Source: Pseudomonadales bacterium (GTDB lineage Bacteria; Verrucomicrobiota; Verrucomicrobiia; Limisphaerales; UBA11358). Taken from it: a DNA stretch of 62,999 nt. How positions within the stretch are numbered: position 1 is the stretch's first letter; every line of letters begins with the position of its first letter. This document shows positions 1 through 9,075 of this stretch, one piece after another. A model generated the notes under the pieces. It searched no databases, was not told the DNA's origin, and saw only the letters and a program-made list of their open reading frames with translations. Location: contig DATJXK010000177.1 of NCBI GenBank assembly GCA_035500235.1, positions 1-62,999 of the forward strand, written 5' to 3'. The translations under genes and the position numbers were made by a program.

Positions 1-1615
1 AAAAGCCATTCATCCCCGGCGAGATAATGGTATTATGTTCAAGCACGATATTGGTGCTGGTGGAAAAGCCCACGCCATCGTAGAGAGCATCAATAATCGT
101 GTTCGAAGCGATGTAAGCATTTTCAACGATTCCGACGCCCTGGCTATCGCCGCCATTGCCAATCATCATGCCCTGTTGTTGCTGGCTGTATCCGTTACCG
201 CCGCAGCGCAAGATAACATTTCCTATCACCGTGGCGGATAAAAGGTCCGAGCCATTAACACCAAACCGCATGACGCCGAGCCCCATATACCGCGCCGTGT
301 CCTCAAGCAGATTGTCTTTGACCACATCGTTGACGCCGCCGTAAATGCCGATGCCTTTGCCACCCCATGCGTCAATAGCCGTATTATTGACGTAAGTGAT
401 GTTGCTCATGATAGTGTAATAATAAGTGGTCGAACCGAATACGTTTTTATAGACCGAGTTGATGGCCATGGCATCATCTCCGGTACCCCTGACAAAATTA
501 TTGGAATAGGTGAGGTTCATGCCGATTCCATTATCGCTTTGCACATTGTTGAAGTTACCGCCATCAGCCCACGTGCTTAAAGTCCGGCAATTTTCGGCGA
601 TGCCATTGACGCCAGCGCACCAGAAGGACGATGTGGTATGCTGAATCCAAACATTGTTGACGATCCAATTGGTGCCACTGAAGTCCACCGCCCCGTTGTT
701 ATTGGCCCCGTCACGGCTCCAGGAATTGCAATCCAACAGAACATTGGAAAGCGTGCAGGAAACGGCATTGATAATATTGGCGACACCTTGAGTATTGTTT
801 GCCGCGGTCATCCGGCAAATCGTGCTGTACCACATGCCGGCGCCTTCAATCGTTACGCCGGTGGCGTTGATCCCGCCATTGATAGCGCTGATATACCACG
901 TGCCGGAAGGTATCCACACAATCTTTTTCTGCGATTGAGCCATATTGCAACAATTGTTGATGGCGGAGGTGTTGTCGAAATTAGGATTGTTCGGTATGGC
1001 GCCATAACTGGCAATGGAAAGAGAATTGGCGGGCTGCGTGGGCGCCGCAGGAGGGTTTTCGAAATCAACCACATCGATGTAATAAAACGACGCGGTATTA
1101 GATGAATCCATTTGAAAATGAATCGTACTACCGGAAGCGATGGCTGCTCCCGAGACGAAAGCGTGCGTATCGTTCCAGAACCCGCGTGGGTCACCATCGG
1201 CGGGATTTTTGTCGATCTGGCCGTTGTAATTCGTGCCTTCGTAACAATAATTCTGTTTCGAATTCACGCTAAAGGCCTGGCGAAATACGCCATCAACGTA
1301 TAAGTCAATCGTGTTACTGATTCCTCCACCGTTGGGAGCGTCCGGGATACATGACCTAAGGTTGATAGCGGTGATATTGATACCGGTATTGTTGGTCCAT
1401 TGCACATATTGGCCGGTGCCGGTTAAGGCCACGAAGGAATGGCCTGACGCTTCAAGTTCAGGACTGGAGAACGGCGTTACAGGTGCGTTCGTCAGGTAAC
1501 AGACAACTGCGCCGCCACCGAGGTAACCGTTTTCAGCTTCATAGCTGATAAACGGCGTCGTAGCACCCACGGATGCGCTGACTTTTAGGGATGCCATTGA
1601 AAAAAGCATCGCCAT
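1..1615 (-). CDS. Secreted right-handed beta-helix glycosidase, 3' end cut by the window edge (GH87-like alpha-1,3-glucanase/mycodextranase suspected; family uncertain)
   Basis: Absent from the ORF track because it runs off the left edge. My reverse-strand translation from the ATG at 1615-1613 stays open to position 1: MAMLFSMASLKVSASVGATTPFISYEAENGYLGGGAVV..IDLYVDGVFRQAF..NNFVRGTGDDAMAINS..GNVILRCGGNGYS. It has a short signal peptide and an N-terminal jelly-roll-like module. This is followed by repeated N/G/I-rich turns and a GDDA(M/I)AI motif typical of parallel beta-helix hydrolases. Confidence 0.7.
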   Translation of the reverse strand, partial: MAMLFSMASLKVSASVGATTPFISYEAENGYLGGGAVVCYLTNAPVTPFSSPELEASGHSFVALTGTGQYVQWTNNTGINITAINLRSCIPDAPNGGGISNTIDLYVDGVFRQAFSVNSKQNYCYEGTNYNGQIDKNPADGDPRGFWNDTHAFVSGAAIASGSTIHFQMDSSNTASFYYIDVVDFENPPAAPTQPANSLSIASYGAIPNNPNFDNTSAINNCCNMAQSQKKIVWIPSGTWYISAINGGINATGVTIEGAGMWYSTICRMTAANNTQGVANIINAVSCTLSNVLLDCNSWSRDGANNNGAVDFSGTNWIVNNVWIQHTTSSFWCAGVNGIAENCRTLSTWADGGNFNNVQSDNGIGMNLTYSNNFVRGTGDDAMAINSVYKNVFGSTTYYYTIMSNITYVNNTAIDAWGGKGIGIYGGVNDVVKDNLLEDTARYMGLGVMRFGVNGSDLLSATVIGNVILRCGGNGYSQQQQGMMIGNGGDSQGVGIVENAYIASNTIIDALYDGVGFSTSTNIVLEHNTIISPGMNGF

Positions 1616-1722
1616 TAACGGGCATAAAGAGAGAGTGGTTTTAAAAATTCTCAAGAGCTTCGGGAGTTAATTTTGGAGGTTCAGCTTATGAACAAACGTA
1701 GCACGTTTTAACCATTACGCAT

Positions 1723-1742
1723 CATCCCCGAAAGCGGGGATG
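1723..1742. promoter_or_regulatory. ATCCCC-loop-GGGGAT hairpin, copy A (CATCCCCG AAAG CGGGGATG)
   Basis: Perfect 8-bp inverted repeat. It lies 9 nt after the kinase stop (1752) and 107 nt upstream of the beta-helix glycosidase ATG (1615). There is no U-tract. Confidence 0.6.
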
Positions 1743-1751
1743 GCCGATTTA

Positions 1752-3446
1752 TCAAGCGGCAACAGGTTGCGGCTTAATGAATAGCTGCAGGCGGACCGTT
1801 GTGCCCGCGCCGGGCTGACTCTCAATCACACTGCTTCCGCCGATACTTTCCAGGCGCAGCTTGATGTTTTTCAATCCGTTGCCCGCCGGGCTGTCGGCAG
1901 GAATAAAGCCGCGGCCATTGTCCTGAACAGAAATGGTGAGAAACATTTTCTCAAACGTAATCCGAACGATAACTTCCGTGGCCTTGGCGTGTTTGATAAT
2001 ATTGTTTAACGATTCTTTGACGGCCAGGGTGATGTTATGCCGGATTTGACTGGAGACTTGAATGTCTTTGGGCAAGTCCTGGATGTCCAGGCGACAACCC
2101 AGTCCCGCCTGCTCGCATAACTGGTTTAGCATTTGGCACAAATAATTTCCCAGCGCATCGAGATTATCGTTTTCCGGATTTACGGCCCAAACCGTTTCAT
2201 AAAGCGCCGAGATCAAGTCGCGGGACATCTGGGAGATCTGGTCAAAGTCTGTCCGGGCTTTTTCCGGCAAGGATTGATTCCGATGGGCCATGGCGCTTAA
2301 CAGAGAAATCTGGGTGACGCGCGCGCCCAAATCATCGTGGATGTCATGGGCGATGCGGAGGCGTTCCTGTTCAAGGGCGCGTTGATTTCTAAGGTGCAAC
2401 ATTTCGCGGCGGGTCCTTTGCCAAACAATATATCGCATGATGGACATGATGATGAGGACAACCACCAAGGCAATGGCGCCAGAAAACCAGGGCTTCTTCC
2501 AATACGGTTCAGGGACAATAACGGCAAGCTGGGCATCAATGCCGGTGGGAACTCCCATGGCCGAGGTTTCTTGAACGTGAAATTGATAGGTGCCAAAGGG
2601 CAAAGAGTTATAGTAAGCCGCACCGACGGATCCCATGCCAATGCTATACATTTCATTCCACTCGACTACCAGATGATCGCCGGGAACCACTTTAGGGGCG
2701 AACTCCATGATATTATGCCATTCGGCGTGGCAGAACGGGTCGTTGTCCAGAATGCCAAATGCTGTCGTGGCGGGGTCTTTTCCTACTTCAACAATTTTGG
2801 CCATGCTGGGATGGGTCCCATCATGAATCCATCCTTCCGGCTGATAATTATCCGGATATTCCTTTTGAGCGGAATCAAAGGGAGAACGAAGGATCACTTC
2901 CGGCACACCATCTGCATGAACCCGGGAAACAACGAGATTATCGACGACGTACATGCCAACCGTGGCCGGGCCGCCGGCTGAGGAGATGACAATAAAAATC
3001 CGCGAAGCGAGGGGCGGGACAACGACTGTTTCGCGGCGGTGGGTAAGGAGGGAGGTTTTCAAACTCCCGTCCCAGCCGGGACTGTCGCCGCTGACAGTAA
3101 AAATGCTTTGGTTTACCTGGTCGCCTGCGTCATTGTAAAAACGAATGGTTAAATTCATTTCCCCGCCGACCTGCTGCCAGTTGTTATCGTAACCATCCAT
3201 CTTGTACCGCAAACGGATGGGAGCGCGGCCGGTATTGGCCGGTGGTCCGAAATTAAAAGAAATCGATTTAGGAAAAAGGCCGAGATCTACCTTGCCGCCG
3301 TTGATGGGAACGGGTTTGCCGTCAACTACCACTGCTTGAACCGTCAGGGGATTGCTATCAGAACTGCCAGCAGAATTTCCCGTTATGGGAAAAAAGCCAA
3401 TCTGGAGGAGAAAGACGGCCAGGACTGACGTTCTAAAACATTTCAT
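1752..3446 (-). CDS. Orphan sensor histidine kinase (Y_Y_Y-like extracytoplasmic domain, HisKA_3 + HATPase_c)
   Basis: 564 aa, ATG at 3446. N-terminal TM segment, then a sensor domain with IRLRYKMDGYDNNWQ (Y_Y_Y-like) and a second TM (AIALVVVLIIMSIMRYIVW). H-box RIAHDIHDDLGARV. ATPase boxes NNIIKHAKA, DNGRGF and GNGLKNI. No response regulator is adjacent. Confidence 0.85.
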   Translation of the reverse strand: MKCFRTSVLAVFLLQIGFFPITGNSAGSSDSNPLTVQAVVVDGKPVPINGGKVDLGLFPKSISFNFGPPANTGRAPIRLRYKMDGYDNNWQQVGGEMNLTIRFYNDAGDQVNQSIFTVSGDSPGWDGSLKTSLLTHRRETVVVPPLASRIFIVISSAGGPATVGMYVVDNLVVSRVHADGVPEVILRSPFDSAQKEYPDNYQPEGWIHDGTHPSMAKIVEVGKDPATTAFGILDNDPFCHAEWHNIMEFAPKVVPGDHLVVEWNEMYSIGMGSVGAAYYNSLPFGTYQFHVQETSAMGVPTGIDAQLAVIVPEPYWKKPWFSGAIALVVVLIIMSIMRYIVWQRTRREMLHLRNQRALEQERLRIAHDIHDDLGARVTQISLLSAMAHRNQSLPEKARTDFDQISQMSRDLISALYETVWAVNPENDNLDALGNYLCQMLNQLCEQAGLGCRLDIQDLPKDIQVSSQIRHNITLAVKESLNNIIKHAKATEVIVRITFEKMFLTISVQDNGRGFIPADSPAGNGLKNIKLRLESIGGSSVIESQPGAGTTVRLQLFIKPQPVAA

Positions 3447-3572
3447 TCTATTTCATCAATGTGGGCCGGGAATTTTCCGGCGCCACACGAGGGATACCAT
3501 CGAAAGGCTGGATTTTTTGTCACCACATTGCAACTTCATTTGTGGGGCAAGAATCATCGCAACCCATTTGCG

Positions 3573-5219
3573 TTATAGTGACCTGACACGGTAGAAACGG
3601 GCCGGATAGTTGGTCCACTGGTAATCAATGAAATGAAATGTTCCGTTGACAATACCGCCATTGGTAATCGCGTTCGTCTCCAGCGAAATCCAGTCTGGAT
3701 AAATCAAGTCTGTCGTAGCATCGACAATAAAAGGCCAATCAGCCCCGCAAATATTAAATCCAAACTCGTTGGATTTGAAACCGAAGTTTGGGTCGACCTG
3801 GATCTGCGCGTTCCAAGGCGGAAGCGGAAGAGGCGTAAAAGAAATATAGTCCGGATTAACCCCTCCATTGCCTCCTGAAAAGATGACAATGTTTGTTGGC
3901 CCGGGCCCGAGAGGAATTGTGAGTGTCGAATCTCCGGCAAATGAGCTCCATCCGCCGGTATTGAGGGTATTAATATACGAATAATCCTGGCCATTCACGG
4001 TGATTCGCAATTTGGTGCCATCGCCCTGGGTGGCAAAATGAACATCCATTGAATTCAATCCGCCGTGGGGGCCGCCGTCGACAGTGTTCAATTCAAAAAA
4101 AGTATTGGTAGTTAGATGCATATTCTGCACGCACCAACCATCCCACGCGGCGCCATCCCGGGTGAAAATTGAGCCGTTGCCAACCGTGCCATTGGTGACG
4201 GCGTAAATAGTAGTGTTGGTTGTGGGCGACGGCACCGGGCCATTGGCCGGCGGCCCATTTGTGGTCTGGACGACAGTCAGGATATTGCCGTTGCTGTCGA
4301 AGTTAAGCAGGTCAACGCAAATAGAACGCAAGCAACCGTTATCGGAAATGGCCTGGTTGTGATAGAACTGATACCATTGGCCGTGGAATTCCACAGCCGA
4401 GCCCTGGCTGGTGCTGCACCCGGTGGAAGACAGATAGACGCCTTTCGATGTCCACGGCCCCATCACATTGGTAGAGACGGCATATTCCAGTTGATTGAAG
4501 TTGGGGCTATTATCGGCGTAAGTGAGATAGTATAAATTGTTTCGCTTGAATACCCACGTACCTTCGTGGAAATCATTGAGGTTCGTGACAGCCTGGGGCG
4601 TTCCACTGATCGAAATCATATCCGGGTTCAGTTTGGCAACGGTGCAATTCCCGCCGCCGCCATAAAACAAATATGCCTGGCCATCGGTATCGACAAACAC
4701 ATCGGGATCAATCATCGAAAAACCGCCCTCGCCCTGGATATAATTCGTGAGCGGCGTGAAATCCCGGCCGGGGCTTAGACTGGTGGCGACGCCGATTCTC
4801 CAGGTGTTGTTCCAATTGGCATCGCTGGGATCGCTGGGATGCGGAAAATAGAAATAATATTTTCCGTTGGCATAGGCGCAATCCGGCGCCCACATAAACC
4901 CGCCGGGCGGGCCGCTCCAAGCCACCTGACTGGAGCGTAAAATCTCTCCCTCGTCACGCCAGTGAACCATGTCCGCCGTGGAAAAGACATGATAACGGTC
5001 CATCAAATTGCAGCCTTGCGGCGGGTCAATGTCGCGCGATGGATAAACATATAACCGTCCATCCGACCACACATGCGCGGCAGGGTCCGCGGTATAAATG
5101 CTGGTAATAAATGGGTTGCCGCCAAAACAGGTCATCGCCGTGGACGTTATCACAACCGATATGAGCAAAAGAGAGAGAGACTTTAACCTGGAACGATGAG
5201 TGTGGTGACTATTTAACAT
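3573..5219 (-). CDS. GH43 glycoside hydrolase (xylosidase/arabinofuranosidase type) with CBM6-like module and C-terminal FYRV domain
   Basis: 548 aa with a signal peptide. GH43 propeller motifs: YTADPAAHVWSDGRLYVYPS, MWAPDCAY, IDPDVFVDTDGQAYLFYGG and HEGTWVFK. Sugar-binding-like module: LRITVNGQDYSY..GGWSSF. The last 82 aa (3573-3821) end in ARFYRVRSL. Confidence 0.85.
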   Translation of the reverse strand: MLNSHHTHRSRLKSLSLLLISVVITSTAMTCFGGNPFITSIYTADPAAHVWSDGRLYVYPSRDIDPPQGCNLMDRYHVFSTADMVHWRDEGEILRSSQVAWSGPPGGFMWAPDCAYANGKYYFYFPHPSDPSDANWNNTWRIGVATSLSPGRDFTPLTNYIQGEGGFSMIDPDVFVDTDGQAYLFYGGGGNCTVAKLNPDMISISGTPQAVTNLNDFHEGTWVFKRNNLYYLTYADNSPNFNQLEYAVSTNVMGPWTSKGVYLSSTGCSTSQGSAVEFHGQWYQFYHNQAISDNGCLRSICVDLLNFDSNGNILTVVQTTNGPPANGPVPSPTTNTTIYAVTNGTVGNGSIFTRDGAAWDGWCVQNMHLTTNTFFELNTVDGGPHGGLNSMDVHFATQGDGTKLRITVNGQDYSYINTLNTGGWSSFAGDSTLTIPLGPGPTNIVIFSGGNGGVNPDYISFTPLPLPPWNAQIQVDPNFGFKSNEFGFNICGADWPFIVDATTDLIYPDWISLETNAITNGGIVNGTFHFIDYQWTNYPARFYRVRSL

Positions 5220-5324
5220 ACGCTTGGTAGCTACAGGGATAAATGAGGTGGTGGCGTGATCGCGTGGCGGAATGTGGACAATTATTAATCGTAAAAGTTT
5301 AATTGGTTATCACCGTTAGCGGTA

Positions 5325-5340
5325 TCCCCGAAAACGGGGA
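5325..5340. promoter_or_regulatory. ATCCCC-loop-GGGGAT hairpin, copy B (TCCCCG AAAA CGGGGA)
   Basis: 6-bp stem in the divergent region between the GH43 start (5219, 105 nt away) and the GH3 start (5392, 51 nt away). Confidence 0.55.
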
Positions 5341-5391
5341 CTGAGAATGAGTTGAGCTTCGGACAATGGCTTTGGTATTTTTTGCAAAATT

Positions 5392-8073
5392 ATGAACCCA
5401 CCCAATAGCGAATTAAACCGGAGGAAATTCATTTCGACCCTGACTACAGCCACGGGCTTTCTGGCGTTTGGCCTGGGTTCGGCTACTTCTATCACACTGG
5501 CGGACGAGAACGGAATACGTGCGACGGGCAAGAGAATCGGAATATCCAATGAAGCGTTCAAAAAGGCACGGCAACGCGCCGAGAAACTGGCCGGGCAAAT
5601 GACGCTGGACGAAAAAATCAGCCAACTGGGGGCACAGGCTCCCGCCATCGACCGATTAAATGTGCCGGGATATAATTACTATACTGGCGAAGCGCTACAC
5701 GGTTTGCTGCGGAGCGCACCGGTGACTTCTTTTCCCGTACCGCTGGCATTGGCAGCATCGTGGAATCCTGAACTTTTTCTCAAGGTTTATACGGTCGTCT
5801 CGGACGAAGCGCGGGCTTACGACAACCGCGACAAGAACGGGTTAAGCTATTATTCGCCGATAACACTCAACCTGCATCGCGACCCGCGCTGGGGACGTTG
5901 TTGCGAAGCGCCGGGAGAAGATCCCTGCCTGGCAGCAACCGTTGGGGTGCAGGTGATACGCGGCATGCAGGGCGATAATCCAGATTACCTTAAGACCACG
6001 GCCTGCTCGAAACATTTTGTCTGTAATAACACGGACAACGACCGTACGTCGGTTTCCGCGCCGGTGGATCCCCGCAGTTTTTGGGAATACTATACCCGCG
6101 CCGAGTGCGCCATGGTATTGGAAGCAGACGTGTTTTCGGTGATGGGCGCTTACAACGCGATGAATGGGATTCCCTGTTGTGCCAATCCTTTTTTGCTGAC
6201 GGACCTTTTGCGAAGCCGCTGGGGATTTCGCGGCTACGTGACGTCTGATTGCGATGCCATAGACAATATCTATGACCCGCATCATTATGCCGCGAGCCTG
6301 CCGATCGCATCGGCCATGGCCGTCGAGGCCGGCTGCGATTTAAATTGCGGCGGGACATTGCAAGCGAACCTGAAGGAAGCGGTGGACCAGGAATTAATCG
6401 GCGAGGAAGAGATCACGACGTCCGTGGTTCGGCTTATGACGGTACGTTATTTAATGGGACTCTTTGATGCTCCGGCCAAAGTTCCGTACACCCAGATTCC
6501 CTTCGCAGTGGTGGATTCGGAAGCGCATCGCGCGCTGGCGCTGGAAGCGTCCCGGCAATCGCTGGTGCTACTGAAAAACGAGTCGCAATTTTTGCCGTTG
6601 GACAAGACAGTTATAAAGAAAATTGCCGTTGTTGGCCCGCTGGCCGGGCTTTGCCAACTGGGCGGATACAGCGGTGCGCCGATCGTGCGCGTATCTCCTT
6701 ATGAAGGGATTGCCAATCATCTGGGCGTCGAGGTGTTTAGCCCGAATGTTTCGGCGGCGAAAAAAGTCGCCACAAGCGATAACATCCGCCTGGAATCTTC
6801 CTCAGAAGGGGAATCGAACCTGGGTTTCATCGAGAACAATGCGTGGGCGGAATTTCCGAAAATGAATTTCAACGGCAAGACCGCGTTCGAAGCGCGGGTG
6901 TCGAGCTACTCGAACGGCGGGCGTATTGAAGTCCACCTAGACTCGTTGGATGGACCGCTGGCCTGCACCCTGACTGTGCCGCATACGGGCGAATGGCAGA
7001 ACTGGACGAACGTCACTGCGCCGCTTGAGAATATCAGCGGCGAGCATTCTGTTTTTATGCGGTTTCTCGGAGGTGATGGATGGCTTTTGAACGTGGAACG
7101 GTTCCAACTCAATCCCGTTGTTCAGCCGGCGCCGCAACCGGGCCGCCCGCAGGTTATCTTCGCGCAAGGATGTTCTGCGACGGGGAAAAAGGACGATAAA
7201 ATGTTCCAGGAAGCCGTGGATGCGGCGCGGGGCGCGGATGTGGTCGTGCTGGTTTGTGGCGTCACTGAAGACGTGGATCGCGAAGGAGTTGATCGTGAGA
7301 AGCTTGGGTTGTCCGGCGTGCAGCCGGAACTGGTCCAGGCGGTTTATGCCGCCAATCCAAAGACTATTTTGGTCGTCTCCAGCAATAATACCGTGGCCAT
7401 CGAATGGGAGCAGCAAAACCTGCCGGCGATCCTGTGCGCCATTTGCGCCGGACAATCGCAAGGCACAGCAATCGCTGAAGTTCTGTTTGGGGATTACAAC
7501 CCGGGCGGTAAATTGCCGTGCACCTGGTATCGTTCGGAAGAACAGTTGCCCCCTGATCACGATTACGACATCCATAAGGGACGAACCTACATGTATTTTG
7601 GCGGCGACCCGCTGTATCCCTTTGGTCATGGCCTCAGCTATACGACGTTCGCTTTGAGCCAGCTTCAGTTGGATGGCGCGACGCTTGAGCCGGATGGCAA
7701 GGTCAATGTCTCGGCGACTGTCGCCAATACGGGAAACCGCGCGGGGGCTGAAGTGGTCCAGCTTTACATCACGCCACCGGCATCGCCGGTGAAACGGCCC
7801 ATCAAACAACTGGTTGGTTTTCAGCGGGTGGAATTGCAGCCGGGTGAACAAAAGAAGATCACCTTTGAAGTGCCGTTTACCGAGCCGGCGTTTTGGTACT
7901 GGGATGATGGCGCCCGGAAATTTGCCTGTCAGCCGGGCGTGGCCAAAGTGCTGATTGGCAATTCGTCCGCTAATATTTCGTTGAACGGGGAACTTACGTT
8001 ACAGGCAGCGGAGGCAGCGCCGTCGGGGCCGGAAATGCTCCAGACGGTGGCGGTGAAATCGAGTGTCGCCTAA
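5392..8073 (+). CDS. GH3 beta-glucosidase/beta-xylosidase with twin-arginine signal and an inserted CBM6-like module
   Basis: 893 aa. Tat motif NRRKFISTL. GH3 motifs KHFVCNN and GYVTSDCDAI (nucleophile Asp). Insertion at about 6784-7146: RIEVHLDSLDGPLACTLTVPHTGEWQNWTNV..FMRFLGG. Fn3-like tail: VQLYITPP..VGFQRVEL. Confidence 0.9.
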   Translation: MNPPNSELNRRKFISTLTTATGFLAFGLGSATSITLADENGIRATGKRIGISNEAFKKARQRAEKLAGQMTLDEKISQLGAQAPAIDRLNVPGYNYYTGEALHGLLRSAPVTSFPVPLALAASWNPELFLKVYTVVSDEARAYDNRDKNGLSYYSPITLNLHRDPRWGRCCEAPGEDPCLAATVGVQVIRGMQGDNPDYLKTTACSKHFVCNNTDNDRTSVSAPVDPRSFWEYYTRAECAMVLEADVFSVMGAYNAMNGIPCCANPFLLTDLLRSRWGFRGYVTSDCDAIDNIYDPHHYAASLPIASAMAVEAGCDLNCGGTLQANLKEAVDQELIGEEEITTSVVRLMTVRYLMGLFDAPAKVPYTQIPFAVVDSEAHRALALEASRQSLVLLKNESQFLPLDKTVIKKIAVVGPLAGLCQLGGYSGAPIVRVSPYEGIANHLGVEVFSPNVSAAKKVATSDNIRLESSSEGESNLGFIENNAWAEFPKMNFNGKTAFEARVSSYSNGGRIEVHLDSLDGPLACTLTVPHTGEWQNWTNVTAPLENISGEHSVFMRFLGGDGWLLNVERFQLNPVVQPAPQPGRPQVIFAQGCSATGKKDDKMFQEAVDAARGADVVVLVCGVTEDVDREGVDREKLGLSGVQPELVQAVYAANPKTILVVSSNNTVAIEWEQQNLPAILCAICAGQSQGTAIAEVLFGDYNPGGKLPCTWYRSEEQLPPDHDYDIHKGRTYMYFGGDPLYPFGHGLSYTTFALSQLQLDGATLEPDGKVNVSATVANTGNRAGAEVVQLYITPPASPVKRPIKQLVGFQRVELQPGEQKKITFEVPFTEPAFWYWDDGARKFACQPGVAKVLIGNSSANISLNGELTLQAAEAAPSGPEMLQTVAVKSSVA

Positions 8074-8189
8074 GGACCGGCGTAGCGGGGGCTCATATTT
8101 GTGGCACTCTGCCGAAGCGCCGCTACGATCCGTCCTCGCCGAGGGTACAGTGTGGCAGGCGAGGATGAGAATGAGCATGACGATGATCT

Positions 8190-8480
8190 GCCCCAGGGGG
8201 GACCCCTTCCGTAGGCTTCCAAAGATCGGTTTATAGTTGATGGTTGAGAGTTGAGTGTAAGGGGAAAGTTTGATGACTGCAAAACTTGCGGGCAGGGCGC
8301 CTGCCCTACATCCCCGCCCCCCTTCCATAGGCTTCCGCAGCCTTCCGGAACATCAAATTACAAGGGTTTTTGCATTAGGCAAAGGTAGGTTGAGCGCGAT
8401 CTCCGAGCGTGCCGCCCCACCCCCGGGGGGTCTTGCTTAGGCTTGCATAGCCTTGCCTAGGGTTGCCTGGGCTTGCACGC
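8190..8480. repeat. Cluster of degenerate GC-rich short repeats (CCCC..CTTCCRTAGGCTTCC / CTTGCTTAGGCTTGC units) and the GGGCAGG-GCG-CCTGCCC hairpin
   Basis: Copies lie at 8203-8220, 8317-8348 and 8431-8478, with a hairpin at 8290-8306. No credible ORF is present. Confidence 0.5.
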
Positions 8481-8612
8481 GTTTGCCACCCACACGAAAG
8501 GAAAAAATGATTCTTTTTTTCTGAAAAACCCTTTAAAAGGTTTGAGAAGGCTTTAGAAGCCTTCGGTTCGAAAGGTGGACGAACTGATTTGTTCTCACCC
8601 CTCACCCTTGAT

Positions 8613-8637
8613 CCCTCTCCCCGTTGAGGGGAGAGGG
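8613..8637. repeat. GC-rich palindromic element CCCTCTCCCC GTTGA GGGGAGAGGG
   Basis: Perfect 10-bp stem in the gene-free region. Its left arm begins ATCCCTC, like hairpin copies G and H. Confidence 0.5.
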
Positions 8638-8818
8638 TGACCCTTCTTGGCCAAAGGCGCTACGAAGGACAGGCGAGAGACACGCGTGTCATGCCTGTTC
8701 CACTATATGTCAAAGAACGCAACGGGTATTTTACCACGGAACGTTTAGGTCGGAAGAGAAACTTGACTCCTAGTTGTTCACGCATTTTGTTTGTATTCCA
8801 TGGCAAATAAAATAAAAA

Positions 8819-8935
8819 GTCCCGGAGGGGACGGCAGAACCAGGTGTTTCTTTCGTCCCTGTGGTGACTCGAACGGTTTGGCTGGACCTTTCCCCAGCAC
8901 TAAAGTGCTGGGCTATTTTCAATTGTCCCTATGAT
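8819..8935. repeat. REP-like composite element (GTCCC GGAG GGGAC .. CCCAGCAC TAAA GTGCTGGG CTATTTTCAATTGTCCCT)
   Basis: Two perfect small palindromes lie at 8819-8832 and 8893-8912. From memory, the GTGCTGGGCTATTTTC..GTCCCT arrangement resembles intergenic repeat elements common in Planctomycetota/Verrucomicrobiota genomes. Only one copy is in this window. Confidence 0.4.
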
Positions 8936-9075
8936 CGACGACCGCGACGCATGCAACTGTAGTTCAAACCTCCCTGGCTTTTTAAGAATGGCTTCTGGAA
9001 CAGGGTGTTACCAGAGCTGGTGATCTTTTGCCTTAACCTATTCGCTCGCTGGGCGGAAGGCCCGGCGACCGCAGA

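Noticed and set aside
6937-7851. 304-aa minus-strand ORF inside the GH3 gene. Similar long antisense ORFs lie at 10520-11401 (293 aa), 57627-58385 (252 aa), 15534-16142 (202 aa), 36687-37229 (180 aa), 27799-28461 (220 aa) and 29620-30348 (242 aa).
   Set aside because: Each lies antisense to, or overlaps, a gene with strong family motifs. Their translations are Arg/Gly/Ala/Pro-rich and low in complexity, with no recognisable domains. This is typical of spurious ORFs opposite GC-biased coding sequence.
7999-8605. Small ORFs in the gene-free interval (7999-8328, 8070-8282 and 8375-8605).
   Set aside because: They translate the GC-rich short repeats into low-complexity peptides. They lack plausible starts or any family resemblance, and they overlap one another.
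8861-8885. The TTCGAGTC-like string on the minus strand suggested a tRNA T-arm.
   Set aside because: The flanking bases do not form a 5-bp T-stem, and no acceptor or anticodon stems can be drawn. It is more likely part of the REP-like composite element.
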